DNA of 62,615 nucleotides, filler included, from Globobulimina sp. (Eukaryota), in NCBI GenBank assembly GCA_003354225.1. It is 15 parts of 15 records of this genome, joined end to end, with 100 filler letters (N's around TTAATTAATTAA, not from the genome) between each part and the next. Parts side by side here need not be neighbours in the genome. Positions count along the whole stretch, not along the records: positions 33,466 to 37,545 come from PIVH01001640.1; positions 37,646 to 41,725 come from PIVH01001641.1; positions 41,826 to 45,904 come from PIVH01001642.1; positions 46,005 to 50,082 come from PIVH01001643.1; 11 more parts are not named here. One strand, given 5' to 3'. Of the stretch, positions 36,855-47,550 are shown in pieces (position 1 is the first letter of the stretch; every line of letters begins with the position of its first letter). The translations under genes were made by a program, and so were the position numbers. The notes beneath the pieces were generated by a model, which ran no database searches, was not told the DNA's origin, and was given only the letters and a program-made list of their open reading frames with translations.

Positions 36855-37525
36855 TTACAGAAAGATTTTCAAGAAGGCATCAATTTTCCCAGTACAAATA
36901 GCACAGGATCCAAATCTACGGCAACAATCACCGCAAAATGTGTGTCCGCACGGAATAATTGCTGTGTCTTTATCATTATCCATACAAATTGTGCATGAAA
37001 TCCTAATCCGAGCTGTGTCTTTATTATTAGGTTTAATTTCTTTTCTACGTTTCATTTGTGTTTGGTACTTTTGCCGGTTAAAAAATCCGGTACCGTCACA
37101 TCGAAAACATGTTCTGCAACGATTCCATATTCCGGTCCTTTACAACCGCCACACCGCGCTGTCAATACCTTGCGACCATGGCATTTATGGCACTTTCCTG
37201 GATTATTAGTACAACTGTGACAAAATCCACTCTTCCGATAAATTTCTGATCCCTTACATTTATCACAGTCGTCAGTCCCTATTTTTGTCGGATATCTTCC
37301 CGTTCCAACACAGGATACACATCCAACACCATCACAATTATTGCATGGCCACTTACCAACGGGCGGATATTTCCCAGTCGCATTGCATTTTTTACATTGC
37401 GAGGTCTCTGCAAAAACAGAAGTACCATTGCATCGTTTACAACTTCCAGTGCGATTACATTTATTGCAATCCATTTGTTTCCAGTCATTCTCACAGTTTG
37501 CACTGTGGTTTCACTGGTCTGCCAT
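36855..37525 (-). pseudogene. DnaJ-type CxxCxGxG repeat + RING (C3HC4) protein, disrupted
   Basis: A 1-nt loss at about 37137 breaks CGGCKG[T]G; the shifted frame continues CFRCDGTG into CTICMD...PCGH.FCGDC...CAIC. There is also an in-frame TGA at 37511..37513. Confidence 0.7.
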
Positions 37526-37709
37526 GTAACGGCTCAGAACTGAATNNNNNNNNNNNNNNNNNNNNNNNNNNNNNNNNNNNNNNNNNNNNTTAATTAATTA
37601 ANNNNNNNNNNNNNNNNNNNNNNNNNNNNNNNNNNNNNNNNNNNNTAAATGCAAACATCTTCCTTAATTTGGCGCTGCTTCAATTAAATCCTGTCTCTAC
37701 ATTCAAAAA

Positions 37710-38396
37710 TTAATCGTAATATGAATCGAAACAAAGTTGAGTTCTAAATACAAAATGAGGATCTTTGAAAATATCCTTTGGTTTAATATTATTTGCTGTG
37801 TAAATTGTTTTACTTTTCGGTGTTTTTTGGGGTAGTTTAAATCTCAAAGAATTGGGTGATGGAGTTTTGAATGTATAATGTTTATTTATTAATTGTATGT
37901 AGTGATCTTTAGTTTTATTTGCTGGTTGTTTTATATTATTATATTTTAACCATTTTTTTAATTCATTTATGGAGAATCTCTTTAGATAATTGACATCACC
38001 ATATTCCAAATTAATTGCTCCGTCTTTTTCTGAACATATTGGTTTCGCTCTTAATTTCTCATTCCATTCAATATATTTTCTATTAGGCATCCAATTGGAT
38101 TCTAATAATCTGTCAACACATTGTTGATATCCACCCCGTGTATCATAACCAATTGATCGCAATATTTGCTTAATATTACAGTATGATATGGTTGTATTAA
38201 TAAAATCTCTTTTTCTTTCTTTGCAATCCCATTTTATTGGTGATACAATACTTACTCTTTTGTTGTGTCTTCTATTTGTATACGATGAAGACGAAAGGAG
38301 TATGCTTACACTACTATTACTTGTACTTGTTGTATCGCTGTATGTGTCTCTTTGTGAACAGGACGGTGACGAAAACATGGACGGATGAAATGACAT
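37710..38396 (-). CDS. Hypothetical protein with a Ser-rich N-terminus and SAP/HeH-like helical motifs
   Basis: LKRFSINELKKWLKYNNIKQPANKTKDHYIQLI resembles a SAP/LEM-like motif. Confidence 0.55.
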   Translation of the reverse strand: MSFHPSMFSSPSCSQRDTYSDTTSTSNSSVSILLSSSSYTNRRHNKRVSIVSPIKWDCKERKRDFINTTISYCNIKQILRSIGYDTRGGYQQCVDRLLESNWMPNRKYIEWNEKLRAKPICSEKDGAINLEYGDVNYLKRFSINELKKWLKYNNIKQPANKTKDHYIQLINKHYTFKTPSPNSLRFKLPQKTPKSKTIYTANNIKPKDIFKDPHFVFRTQLCFDSYYD

Positions 38397-38792
38397 ATTC
38401 TCAATTACTTGTGTTTGTATTTGTTTTTAATTGATAAAGGTTATGAGATGACAGCTATAATAGCCATAATATTATGAGTACGCGAGAATTAACAATATTT
38501 GACTAATAATGCATATATGTCTGGTCGTGGTAATTGGACACAATGAATGAAGTGCGACCAGACAACAACCGCAAGGAATAAAGTTTTCAGTTAGTTTCTT
38601 TGAAAATTGCACATTTTGGATTTTGAAACTGCACAGTTTGCGATAACAATAACATCAACAAACAAAAACAGATAAAACAATTCTTAAGACAATTGGTTAT
38701 AACAATCAATCAACATACTCCGAACCAAAAAAAAAAACCAAAAACATTATATTGAATACAAATAAATTGTGATCTGTCGATTAATAATAACA

Positions 38793-40229
38793 TTACACAA
38801 CGTTAAGATTAAAATTCGCACGAATCCAAGAATTAATTTCCTTTTTCAGTTCAACATTGGGCGTCAAATCAGTTAACTCAGCCGGCTTTTGTGTAATTGG
38901 GTCTTTATTATACATCTTTATGTAGCCTTCGAGCACCTTCCTTTCGTGCGTATTACCCGACACATTCAATATCACTGCATCACGCATTATCTCATACGTT
39001 ATAGGATCAAAATAATTATACGGAATGTCGTCTGTAAGTATCGCATTTGCCACAATATTCTCATAATCATCCTTCGCCACCAAATCTGATATCACTTTCA
39101 AAATAGCCGCATGATCCTCCACATCCTCCAAACCCGCCATTTTAAATATAACTTCATTCAGTTTGCACAATTCATGACCTCTCACGCGACCAATATAAAT
39201 ATGCTTCCTTAAATTCGCATATTTGATCCCACAAAAAGCGCCATTATTGACGCGATTGAACCAATATATGACACCATAATAATTCCACACATTCACTCCT
39301 TTTCTACGCATGCCGCCCGGACCCGGCACATAATTTAAATTTCGCCTCAGAGCTGCAAGGTTCTCCTCCACCGAAAAGCCCGCAACCACCACATCATACA
39401 CATACGAACAGCGCCCAACAGCATCACCGCCACCATTAACATGTCTGCTATGCCCATTGTGTCCATTGCGTCCATGCCGTGATCCAGAACGAGATTTCGA
39501 ACGACAACGAGAACGAGAACGCGAACGAGAGCGTCTGTGATATTTTTGAGAGAATTGCCGAGTGCGAGAACCCTCAAAATGACCATTTCTAAGTTTGCTT
39601 GGAACCTTTGCTAACGGTAAAGGTGAAACACCAGCTCGATCCCAACCACGTCTCCGCCTTCGCACAAAGGCTATGGGCCCAATGTACTCCAAATTAGTAC
39701 ACAATTTGTCCACGAATTCAATGCCAGCACCAATCCTACAATACGCGGGAGAGTTTTTCTTTTGACCATAGGGACGAGTCACTCTTTCGGCATAGAAAAA
39801 TTCTTTGCGATTTTTGTCGCCTCGCGACGGTAATTTAATTTCATTGGTAACGCAGCGATAACCGCCATGGCGCGTACTCGTTAACTCAAACTGTACGCCG
39901 CTCCAATCGAAGTCGTATAGATAGGTTAGCACTTTTTGGATCACCCGAAATGTTGCTAATCGCATTGATGCATGTTTTTGCATCGTAATACCACCCGTTC
40001 CAACAAATATGACATCATTAGTACCTGGCATTAGCAGCGTACATTTTGATTTACGCCGGCCATCTAAGTTTAGGGTGGAATATTTTGCATCCAACAGCCT
40101 GAATTCTTGGAATCCTGGTTCAAAAAAAATATTATGTCTACCTAATAACCGCTTGGATTGGTCAATTACAAGATGACTATTAGGAATGTCCCAAAATATG
40201 AGTTCTTCCAATCGATAGAAAGTTGGCAT
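38793..40229 (-). CDS. U-box E3 ligase-like protein with an internal RS-rich segment
   Basis: C-terminal IPYNYFDPITYEIMRDAV...SGNTHER...DPITQ...LTPNVELKKEINSW; internal RSRSRSRSR. Confidence 0.8.
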   Translation of the reverse strand: MPTFYRLEELIFWDIPNSHLVIDQSKRLLGRHNIFFEPGFQEFRLLDAKYSTLNLDGRRKSKCTLLMPGTNDVIFVGTGGITMQKHASMRLATFRVIQKVLTYLYDFDWSGVQFELTSTRHGGYRCVTNEIKLPSRGDKNRKEFFYAERVTRPYGQKKNSPAYCRIGAGIEFVDKLCTNLEYIGPIAFVRRRRRGWDRAGVSPLPLAKVPSKLRNGHFEGSRTRQFSQKYHRRSRSRSRSRCRSKSRSGSRHGRNGHNGHSRHVNGGGDAVGRCSYVYDVVVAGFSVEENLAALRRNLNYVPGPGGMRRKGVNVWNYYGVIYWFNRVNNGAFCGIKYANLRKHIYIGRVRGHELCKLNEVIFKMAGLEDVEDHAAILKVISDLVAKDDYENIVANAILTDDIPYNYFDPITYEIMRDAVILNVSGNTHERKVLEGYIKMYNKDPITQKPAELTDLTPNVELKKEINSWIRANFNLNVV

Positions 40230-41033
40230 GCTCTTGGACTAACAAAAAAAAAGTTGAGGAAAATTTTATACAAAAGCCATGTTTTTCATCATGTTTACGG
40301 AGTTGTTCTTCAAATAATGAGAAATCAATAATGATAAACAAATTGTGATTTTTTGTTGTATACCGAGTATGAAGAAGGAGCTGCAAAATATGGATCTCTA
40401 CAGAAGTAAACAACATAGCTGCAAAGAATGTTATTTATATATATTATTATGACATCATCTTACATATTATTATGACTCATTCAATCATATCTAAACTTTG
40501 CATATGTTGCAAAATATATATTAAAAAATATAAAGTTTTATCACGTAAATCAAGAACAAAAATTTGATCTCAGCACTCATTCAATCACTCCAACAGCAAC
40601 AATAAAACTCATATTTATTATACATTTTATATTTTGAACAATATGAGAACAATATGTTTGACATGAAATATATCCATTTTGGTTATACTGTATTCTCATA
40701 TCATGACACTTATATCCGCAACGGCAACATATTCACGTAAATTGTTTGTATATTCCTTATGTGGTTTGCTTGCTAATGCAATATCTAATCTCTAATGTGC
40801 TATCGATCACTCATCACTTGTGCAAAGTTGTGCTGGTGTTTGTCATCATTTTAGCAATAAATTTATTTATGCTGCCATTGTTTTCTTGGTGCGAAAGGCC
40901 GTACGCGTCTGTTTAGTGCGTGCATTTTTCGTCTTCAAGTTGTTCAATGAATACAAGAAGAAATACTGTTACACAGAATTCAAGAATTAAACTATTTTGA
41001 AAGGAAAGGAAGTATTGACAGTTGACTGTGTGA

Positions 41034-41630
41034 CTACTCCCATTCAGTAGCACTGATATCAGTATTATACATTGATCCTTTTGTCAAGCATGAAACGCCT
41101 GGTTTTAACATTGGTGTTCCTTGTTCCTTTCGCAATACTTTTGCTGTTATTTTTAATTTCATTGTATATGTCTCGCGATCGATATTTTCATTTTTACTCT
41201 CATTTGGATCATCATTATGATTTAATTCCATTTGTTTGCAATCAGTATTTATCTTTTTTGTTTTCGGAACAAATTTAACATCCAAATAATCATTCATTTT
41301 CAATGCTTTTTGTGGATGAAGTTGAACACTGAGCGTGTGGCCATCATTTGATTTATTAATATCAATTAAAGTCATATTCGTTGTATGTTTGAATGGGATT
41401 TGAATCACATGTTTGGTGTCATCATATTCATGAATTAATTGTAATGTTGTTTTATAAATAAACCCTACTTTTAGCATTCCAACATTATAACTGATTGTAT
41501 TTCCTTTTATTGATGGTATTAATCCCAATGACTCGTTTTTTGTTCCTGACGCAAATGATATGTGAAGGTGTTGTGTTTTGTCGTCTTGATCATTGGTGTT
41601 AGTGAATGTATCCTCTGCAAACGAAACCAT
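41034..41630 (-). CDS. C20orf27/ADISSP (UPF0687)-like protein
   Basis: VGMLKV...Y and AKVL...GTPML..GV.C resemble conserved blocks of this family, as recalled. Confidence 0.65.
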   Translation of the reverse strand: MVSFAEDTFTNTNDQDDKTQHLHISFASGTKNESLGLIPSIKGNTISYNVGMLKVGFIYKTTLQLIHEYDDTKHVIQIPFKHTTNMTLIDINKSNDGHTLSVQLHPQKALKMNDYLDVKFVPKTKKINTDCKQMELNHNDDPNESKNENIDRETYTMKLKITAKVLRKEQGTPMLKPGVSCLTKGSMYNTDISATEWE

Positions 41631-42364
41631 GTACGATGGAGGGGATAGGGGTTAGCCACCGGAAAATCCATTAAGTTCTTCACTTTGAAAATAAAACCTA
41701 AGCATGGAAGTTGCAGAATTAGATCNNNNNNNNNNNNNNNNNNNNNNNNNNNNNNNNNNNNNNNNNNNNTTAATTAATTAANNNNNNNNNNNNNNNNNNN
41801 NNNNNNNNNNNNNNNNNNNNNNNNNGATTACAGATCAGTTCTTTTTGGGATGGGATAAATTCGATTTTATGATGCTGCGCTGCGACTTTAATGTTGCCAA
41901 GTCAGTTACGTACGAGTAACTTAACAGTCTTAAAATACCAACTCGTGCTTGACTAAAATTGCGATTTCCACGTGATGACCGTGATGTGCTGTGATACCAG
42001 TGATGGAGTCGTATGTGCAATCTGTATATCTATAAACAGATTGGGTGTACAATCCATTACGGGTATACAGTTCAGTTTCATTGTGCATAATATGTCCTGT
42101 TTCATTGTGCATAATCAAAACTGATTACACGTATAATATTTTAAGGCTGATTGCACTTCTGCTGATATTTTAAAATGACGTCGCAAATTCGGGTCCATGA
42201 TTGTAGGTTGCTAAATTAAAGAGTTTTTTCACGAGTACTAAGTAGGTGCCACTAGAATAGCAAATGCACTCGCTGAAAAAACTGAAATTCAACTATTTAC
42301 TAAATACAAATTAAAAACGATAAATACTGATAATTAATGAAGCCAATCAAAAATGTATCATGAT

Positions 42365-43384
42365 TTAATGATTGACACTCAAGTATGTATTACACACATT
42401 TGTTTTCTGTAACGCTAATTCTTTTGCAAATTTGTACAATTTAATATCATACTGATTTGTTTTGATAATATGCTGTTTTAATTTGGGGAAATTATGCAAA
42501 TTATAATCAGAAACGGTTTCTCTTATTGTACCAATATTTTTATGCGGCAAAGTGTTATTATTTATACCATAACATTTTAATTGCACACTTGTATGTTGCC
42601 ACATTTCTAATATCATAATAATATCAAAATCTTTTATAATTGATTTGGCCAATTCATAGTGCAGTGCATCAATAGTTATATTTGGGTTAAAATCAATGTT
42701 TTTCGAAATTAACCTATGGTTTGGATTAGCATACGGCCACACTCCACTAAATATTTTTGAATATACATTCTGTGTAAATTTGGCATGATTTCGATACAAA
42801 CATCGAATTAATTTCTCTTCAATCTGCAAATCAATTTGCATGTTATAATAATTGATGTCTTGGCATTTCCATGTCCGCGGATACAACATATCACTGAAAA
42901 CCCTATCTATCGGATTTCGAAGCAATGTCACTAATAACACATCATTCCATAATTCACGCTTATATTTTAAATAAGATGATGTAAAAAATGGCCAATATTC
43001 GTTATCAAATACTTTATGCCGTGTGCCAATGCATCGCCGTTTAATCGTTTCGAATGGCTCTGGTCGTTGGCTCCAAAAACATCTTTTTTTAAGCATTCCT
43101 TTATAGAGTCCGTTAGTGGCCAATAGCTGAACAAATGATGTTCCTCCTGTTTTCCTGGGCTTTTGATAAAACAGTATGCTCCAATTCTTATGTTTGAATA
43201 TTTCCGATGTAATTTTACTTTGATTATTTTGATGCGAATTGTTACCATATTGTGCATTTATCACAGAATCAAAAAATACAAAATGCGTTAAAGGCCGATA
43301 ATCCAAAATGCGAATTAATAATATGTATGCCAATAAAATTGCAAAAGGAAAGATAACTAAATTCTGTTTCATTAACTTACGCAT
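42365..43384 (-). CDS. Golgi-type carbohydrate sulfotransferase (Sulfotransfer_2-like)
   Basis: N-terminal TM, KPRKTGGTS (5'-PSB), LRNPIDRVFS (3'-PB) and NQYDIKLYKFA. Confidence 0.88.
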   Translation of the reverse strand: MRKLMKQNLVIFPFAILLAYILLIRILDYRPLTHFVFFDSVINAQYGNNSHQNNQSKITSEIFKHKNWSILFYQKPRKTGGTSFVQLLATNGLYKGMLKKRCFWSQRPEPFETIKRRCIGTRHKVFDNEYWPFFTSSYLKYKRELWNDVLLVTLLRNPIDRVFSDMLYPRTWKCQDINYYNMQIDLQIEEKLIRCLYRNHAKFTQNVYSKIFSGVWPYANPNHRLISKNIDFNPNITIDALHYELAKSIIKDFDIIMILEMWQHTSVQLKCYGINNNTLPHKNIGTIRETVSDYNLHNFPKLKQHIIKTNQYDIKLYKFAKELALQKTNVCNTYLSVNH

Positions 43385-43580
43385 TTTAAAAATTGATTTT
43401 CGCGGAAATGAAAAAACTCTCTGCTCCCACGAAACTCACACAATAATCATCCTTAATTTATTTGACAAAGTCGAATCGTACAATGAATTATAATACAGAC
43501 TTGACGTCATTCTATCAGATTCAGAATAGATAGTTTCTGAAATATTTTCGTTTACATATTAATAAATCAATCAATCAACA

Positions 43581-44084
43581 ATGCCAAAAGACACTGCACT
43601 TCATAAATCAGCGTACAAAGGGGATATGGTTGGCGTTGAAGTTGCATTGGATGATGACCAAATAGGCATTGATACGCCTGGTGCACAGAAACGAACAGCT
43701 CTGATGAGAGCGGCTGGAGCAAATCACGTTGCTATGGTAACATTTTTAATATCGAGAGGAGCAAACCCAAAACAAACTGATCAAAGTGGTCGTTCTTCGT
43801 TGCATTGGGTTGCAGCCGCCGGATCATTTGAGTCTGCCGATGTTATCGCAAAACATGAACTCGATTTTAACGCAAAAACAAAATCAGGATCAGCACCAAT
43901 TCATTTAGTGGCAGAAAGCGGTTCATTGCCATTCTTGAAATTATTACTCGAAAAAAATGTAGATATATTACTCGCTGATGGCGATGAAAAAACACCATAT
44001 CAATTAGCAAAGGAAAAAGGTAACAAAGAAGCAATGGTTTTGTTGAAACCTGCAGGCGAAGGTTGTGCATGCCACATAATGTAA
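43581..44084 (+). CDS. Small ankyrin-repeat protein with a C-terminal CaaX
   Basis: TALHKSA, TALMRAA, SSLHWVA and APIHLVA ankyrin motifs; the protein ends GCACHIM*. Confidence 0.9.
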   Translation: MPKDTALHKSAYKGDMVGVEVALDDDQIGIDTPGAQKRTALMRAAGANHVAMVTFLISRGANPKQTDQSGRSSLHWVAAAGSFESADVIAKHELDFNAKTKSGSAPIHLVAESGSLPFLKLLLEKNVDILLADGDEKTPYQLAKEKGNKEAMVLLKPAGEGCACHIM

Positions 44085-44812
44085 TATTATACATCTGATC
44101 AAACCTCATTCAAAACAAACTTTTTTGTTTATTTTCAAATTATATTTCCCGTTATTCCGTATCGATCAACAATGTGAAATTGTAAATTGGTGATTTTAAA
44201 CGACTAACTGACAAATTTGTATATGTTTGTCGCTTAAAAAATTTGTCCGCGATGGTGGATTCCAAAACATTTAATTTTATACTAATTTCCATAATCATTG
44301 TTGAAAAGTTAGAAATCCCGGCCTAAAAATATTACTTTTGAAAGTTACAAACAACGGTCCATATCTCAATGACAGTGAAGCTTCAATGGAACACAACTCT
44401 TTCCCATAAATGTAAAATGTGAAAATTGTTAGCGTTTAAATATGATTTTGTTGAATGCTAATTAAAACAAGAAGATATGCAGTGATGTGTAGATTGCTAA
44501 GGATAACCATTATTGATAGCAAAGGAATGTCTAATCACTTTAATACTTATTGATGTGTGACCAACACTGATATCCACTCGAAAGTATGGATAAAAGTATT
44601 GTATGATATTTATATTGTGCAATGTCTTCGGGGTTGATAATAAGAGGGAGTACAGTGTGAGGCCGGAAACGGAGCAGCAAAAATCCCCTATCACCATTCA
44701 GCTTAAGTGCAGATTGAATCGCATTCTCATAATATAATCAATATGTGCTTTCTTATCAAATCTTCTCTACACATATCTTCTTTTTTTGTTGTTTATTTTT
44801 CTGTCAATCAGG

Positions 44813-45775
44813 TTATGTTCGACATCTCATCGTATGAAAAACGTTGGAAATAAAATTCCTGAACGATTATATTTGCGGATATTATATGATGTATTGACAA
44901 GAACGGAAAGTAAATTTGATGTACAACATTTAATACGTTTAAGTGAACATCCATTATGTGCATTTTTTGCATTATCTGGAAAAAATAGTTTGGCTGCAAA
45001 ATATGGACATGATCATAGTGTTGATGGTGATGAACATATCGATGATGATCATAACAAAGTATTTAAATTTAGTTTGGATTTAAAACGATGGAATCGTGTT
45101 TTAGAGGATATTCTGATTTATTATGGTGAAGCAAATGGTTTTTATTTTGCTTTTATACTGCATTTATACTGCATTATACCAAATGGCTGTTTCCTATGAT
45201 GATAATTGGTTTAATATGGTTTATTGTACAATTAGTTAAAAATAATATTGCTCCGAACGGATCAATGATATTTAGTTTTATTGCAGTATTTTGGGCAACG
45301 TTGGCTCACGAAAATTGGAAACAAAAAGAATGTGAATTAAGATATAAATGGGGAATGTTGAGAGTAAATATTGTTGAAATACCTAAACCAATTTCAGCTG
45401 GAACTGTCAACTGTTATTATATCGGAAATGGACGGAGAAGTTACACAAATTTTTAAAAATAAATGTCAAAGATATTTAAGATTAATTTTATCATTTTCAA
45501 CAATATTTTTATGCATTGCATGTGTATTAAGTGCAGTATTTGCAATTTGGATATTAAAATCAAAATGGGGCGATGCTACCATCTATTCTGTATATATCGG
45601 AATATTAAATTCAATACAAATTCAAATATTTAATTGGATGTATACTCATTTAGCAATTTATTTGAATGAATGGGAAGAACATAGGAAGAGATCCCATGAA
45701 TATGATTCTTTGGTAATTAAATGAATATTATTTATTATGGTAAATTCATTTAATTCATTATTTTATTTAGCATTA
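44813..45775 (+). pseudogene. Anoctamin/TMEM16 pseudogene fragment
   Basis: YYGE..GFYFAF, FWATL..E.WK, LNEWE.HR...EYDSLV.K and VNSFNSLFYLA. It is broken by 11-nt and 7-nt tandem duplications and a TGA at 45722. Confidence 0.85.
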
Positions 45776-45840
45776 GAATTTCAGAGTTCAGTTAATCACA
45801 TTATTGTGTGTAATTTGTTAGTGTTAAGAGATATTACTAC

Positions 45841-45904
45841 TATAATGGATTGATTACCGTAATGATCCGCTTGCGGATCATTACGCTGTAATCAATCCAT
45901 TATA
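45841..45904. repeat. 64-nt near-perfect palindrome at a contig end
   Basis: TATAATGGATTGATTAC-CGTAATGATCCGC-TT-GCGGATCATTACG-CT-GTAATCAATCCATTATA. Confidence 0.9.
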
Positions 45905-46006
45905 NNNNNNNNNNNNNNNNNNNNNNNNNNNNNNNNNNNNNNNNNNNNTTAATTAATTAANNNNNNNNNNNNNNNNNNNNNNNNNNNNNNNNNNNNNNNN
46001 NNNNCC

Positions 46007-46189
46007 AGCATATGGTTAGGATGGGCCATTGCAAATGTGTCTGCCTCAATATTACTAGAATCGTTTTACAAATGTTGTATTGATTGGGAGAGTGTTGTAG
46101 AACATGCTAACCAACGAATTGATGACGATACACAAATAATAAAAACTTACGGAAGTATCAACAATGAGGGCTCAAAGGCTGTTTGGTGA
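46007..46189 (+). CDS. 3' end of a MATE-like transporter, with its C-terminus extended by the transposon TIR
   Basis: SIWLGWAIA...IDWESVVEHANQRI resembles the MATE C-terminus. The frame reads ...INNE, then GSKAVW* inside the TIR. Confidence 0.6.
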   Translation, partial: SIWLGWAIANVSASILLESFYKCCIDWESVVEHANQRIDDDTQIIKTYGSINNEGSKAVW

Positions 46190-46190
46190 C

Positions 46191-46375
46191 ACCTATAATT
46201 ATACCATATTACACCTATAATTATACTGTATTATACCTATAATTATACTTTATTATACCATTATACTTGTAATTATACCTATAATATATTGATTTACTTG
46301 TAATTATACTTGTAATTGTAACGAGTGTAATTATAGTGAATATAATAAATATAATTGTAGGTATAATTGACTTTT
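46191..46375. repeat. Subterminal degenerate repeats of about 22 nt with a palindromic TATAATTATA core
   Basis: ACCTATAATTATAC-like units are repeated just inside the left TIR. Confidence 0.75.
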
Positions 46376-46494
46376 TAGGTTCACACTTCTAAACACTTCT
46401 TTTGTGATTGACTAAGGGCTCAGACATTGATTTCTAAAACTTTCACTCTTACAATAATAGCAACACTACATCGAGGTCCTAACGTCGAATCTAA

Positions 46495-47550
46495 ATGAAC
46501 ATATACGATGTTAATTTAACTATTATAATTATACTTTGTGTGCAACAGCAACACGTAATTCACTCGATAGCAGTAGATAGAAACAATGAGGATAGCTACG
46601 AAGCATATGCATGGCCACATATTTATCATTTAGGAGAGTCAACGCAGCCAACCCAAGCAATATTAGACAATCTAAGCTATTACGAAGAGGAATGGCACAA
46701 ACTACAATTGTCAGAAGGCTTTGGTGAGACATATACCTTTACCATGGCATGGGACTGCGCTCCAAGTAAATGCAATACATGTTTTCAGGCAAATAAATTT
46801 ATAAATGTGGATGACGATGTTATCACAGCATTAAACACTTCGAAACTAAATGATGACATTAAAAAAATGGCCTGCAGAAATTCAAATAATTCAAATGACA
46901 AATCACAGTATAAAACCATTGATGAATTGTATCGGAATGTCATTGGTTTTGTAGCTTCTGGTTTAGGCCAAGAGGAATATTTAATCATCGAATTGATGCT
47001 TCATAGATATTATTTGTTCCCAATGGCGGTCAAATTATCGCAGGGCAACACCTATTATGCGTGGGATATACCTTGTTTTGAGCCACTACATCAGGAAAAT
47101 GAAGAGGATGTTTGTCAATATACCTCGGCAGCGGCAGCGAATGAAAGTGGACAGAGGACATTTTGGATAAGTGAGTCGATGCAGTCATTCATAGGCTGGA
47201 GTATGATATTTTTAATTCTCGTGGCCTGTTCATTGGGATATTGTATAAATTGGTTAAAAAAAAAGAAAGCTGAAAAGATTGATGCTTGGCGGGAAAAGGA
47301 AGAGAGACAAAGAGATGCTGAGAATGAAAGAGAGAAAGAGAGAGATTGGAGAAGGAAAAATAAAGGAAAAGGAAAAAAGAAATCGAAATCAAAAAGGAAA
47401 TCAAAATCAAAATCAAAATCGGAGAAAGAGAAAAGTGAAAAATACTCAAATATACCGATACTTTTAAACGCATCGGACCAGTCTGATGAGTCAAATATTA
47501 GTGATCATTATGATGATATTGAAGAACAAAAACATTCATCTGATTTATAA
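46495..47550 (+). CDS. Cargo gene: predicted type I membrane protein (351 aa)
   Basis: Intact, intronless ORF with a hydrophobic N-terminus, a Cys-containing ectodomain, TM FIGWSMIFLILVACSLGYCINWL and a Lys/Ser-rich tail. No transposase motifs. Confidence 0.8.
   Translation: MNIYDVNLTIIIILCVQQQHVIHSIAVDRNNEDSYEAYAWPHIYHLGESTQPTQAILDNLSYYEEEWHKLQLSEGFGETYTFTMAWDCAPSKCNTCFQANKFINVDDDVITALNTSKLNDDIKKMACRNSNNSNDKSQYKTIDELYRNVIGFVASGLGQEEYLIIELMLHRYYLFPMAVKLSQGNTYYAWDIPCFEPLHQENEEDVCQYTSAAAANESGQRTFWISESMQSFIGWSMIFLILVACSLGYCINWLKKKKAEKIDAWREKEERQRDAENEREKERDWRRKNKGKGKKKSKSKRKSKSKSKSEKEKSEKYSNIPILLNASDQSDESNISDHYDDIEEQKHSSDL

Noticed and set aside
37052-37055. Programmed frameshift or ATGA coupling at AAA-TGA
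   Set aside because: The conserved CxxCxGxG motif is already in the other frame about 80 nt earlier, which points to a simple 1-nt deletion.
31790-45724. Alternative genetic code suggested by in-frame TAA/TGA at 31790, 37511 and 45722
   Set aside because: Conserved genes end normally at TAA, TAG and TGA. These internal stops are isolated and mostly occur with other lesions.
46191-46375. CRISPR-like array
   Set aside because: The repeats are degenerate and AT-rich, with no unique spacers or cas genes. They are subterminal repeats of a transposon.
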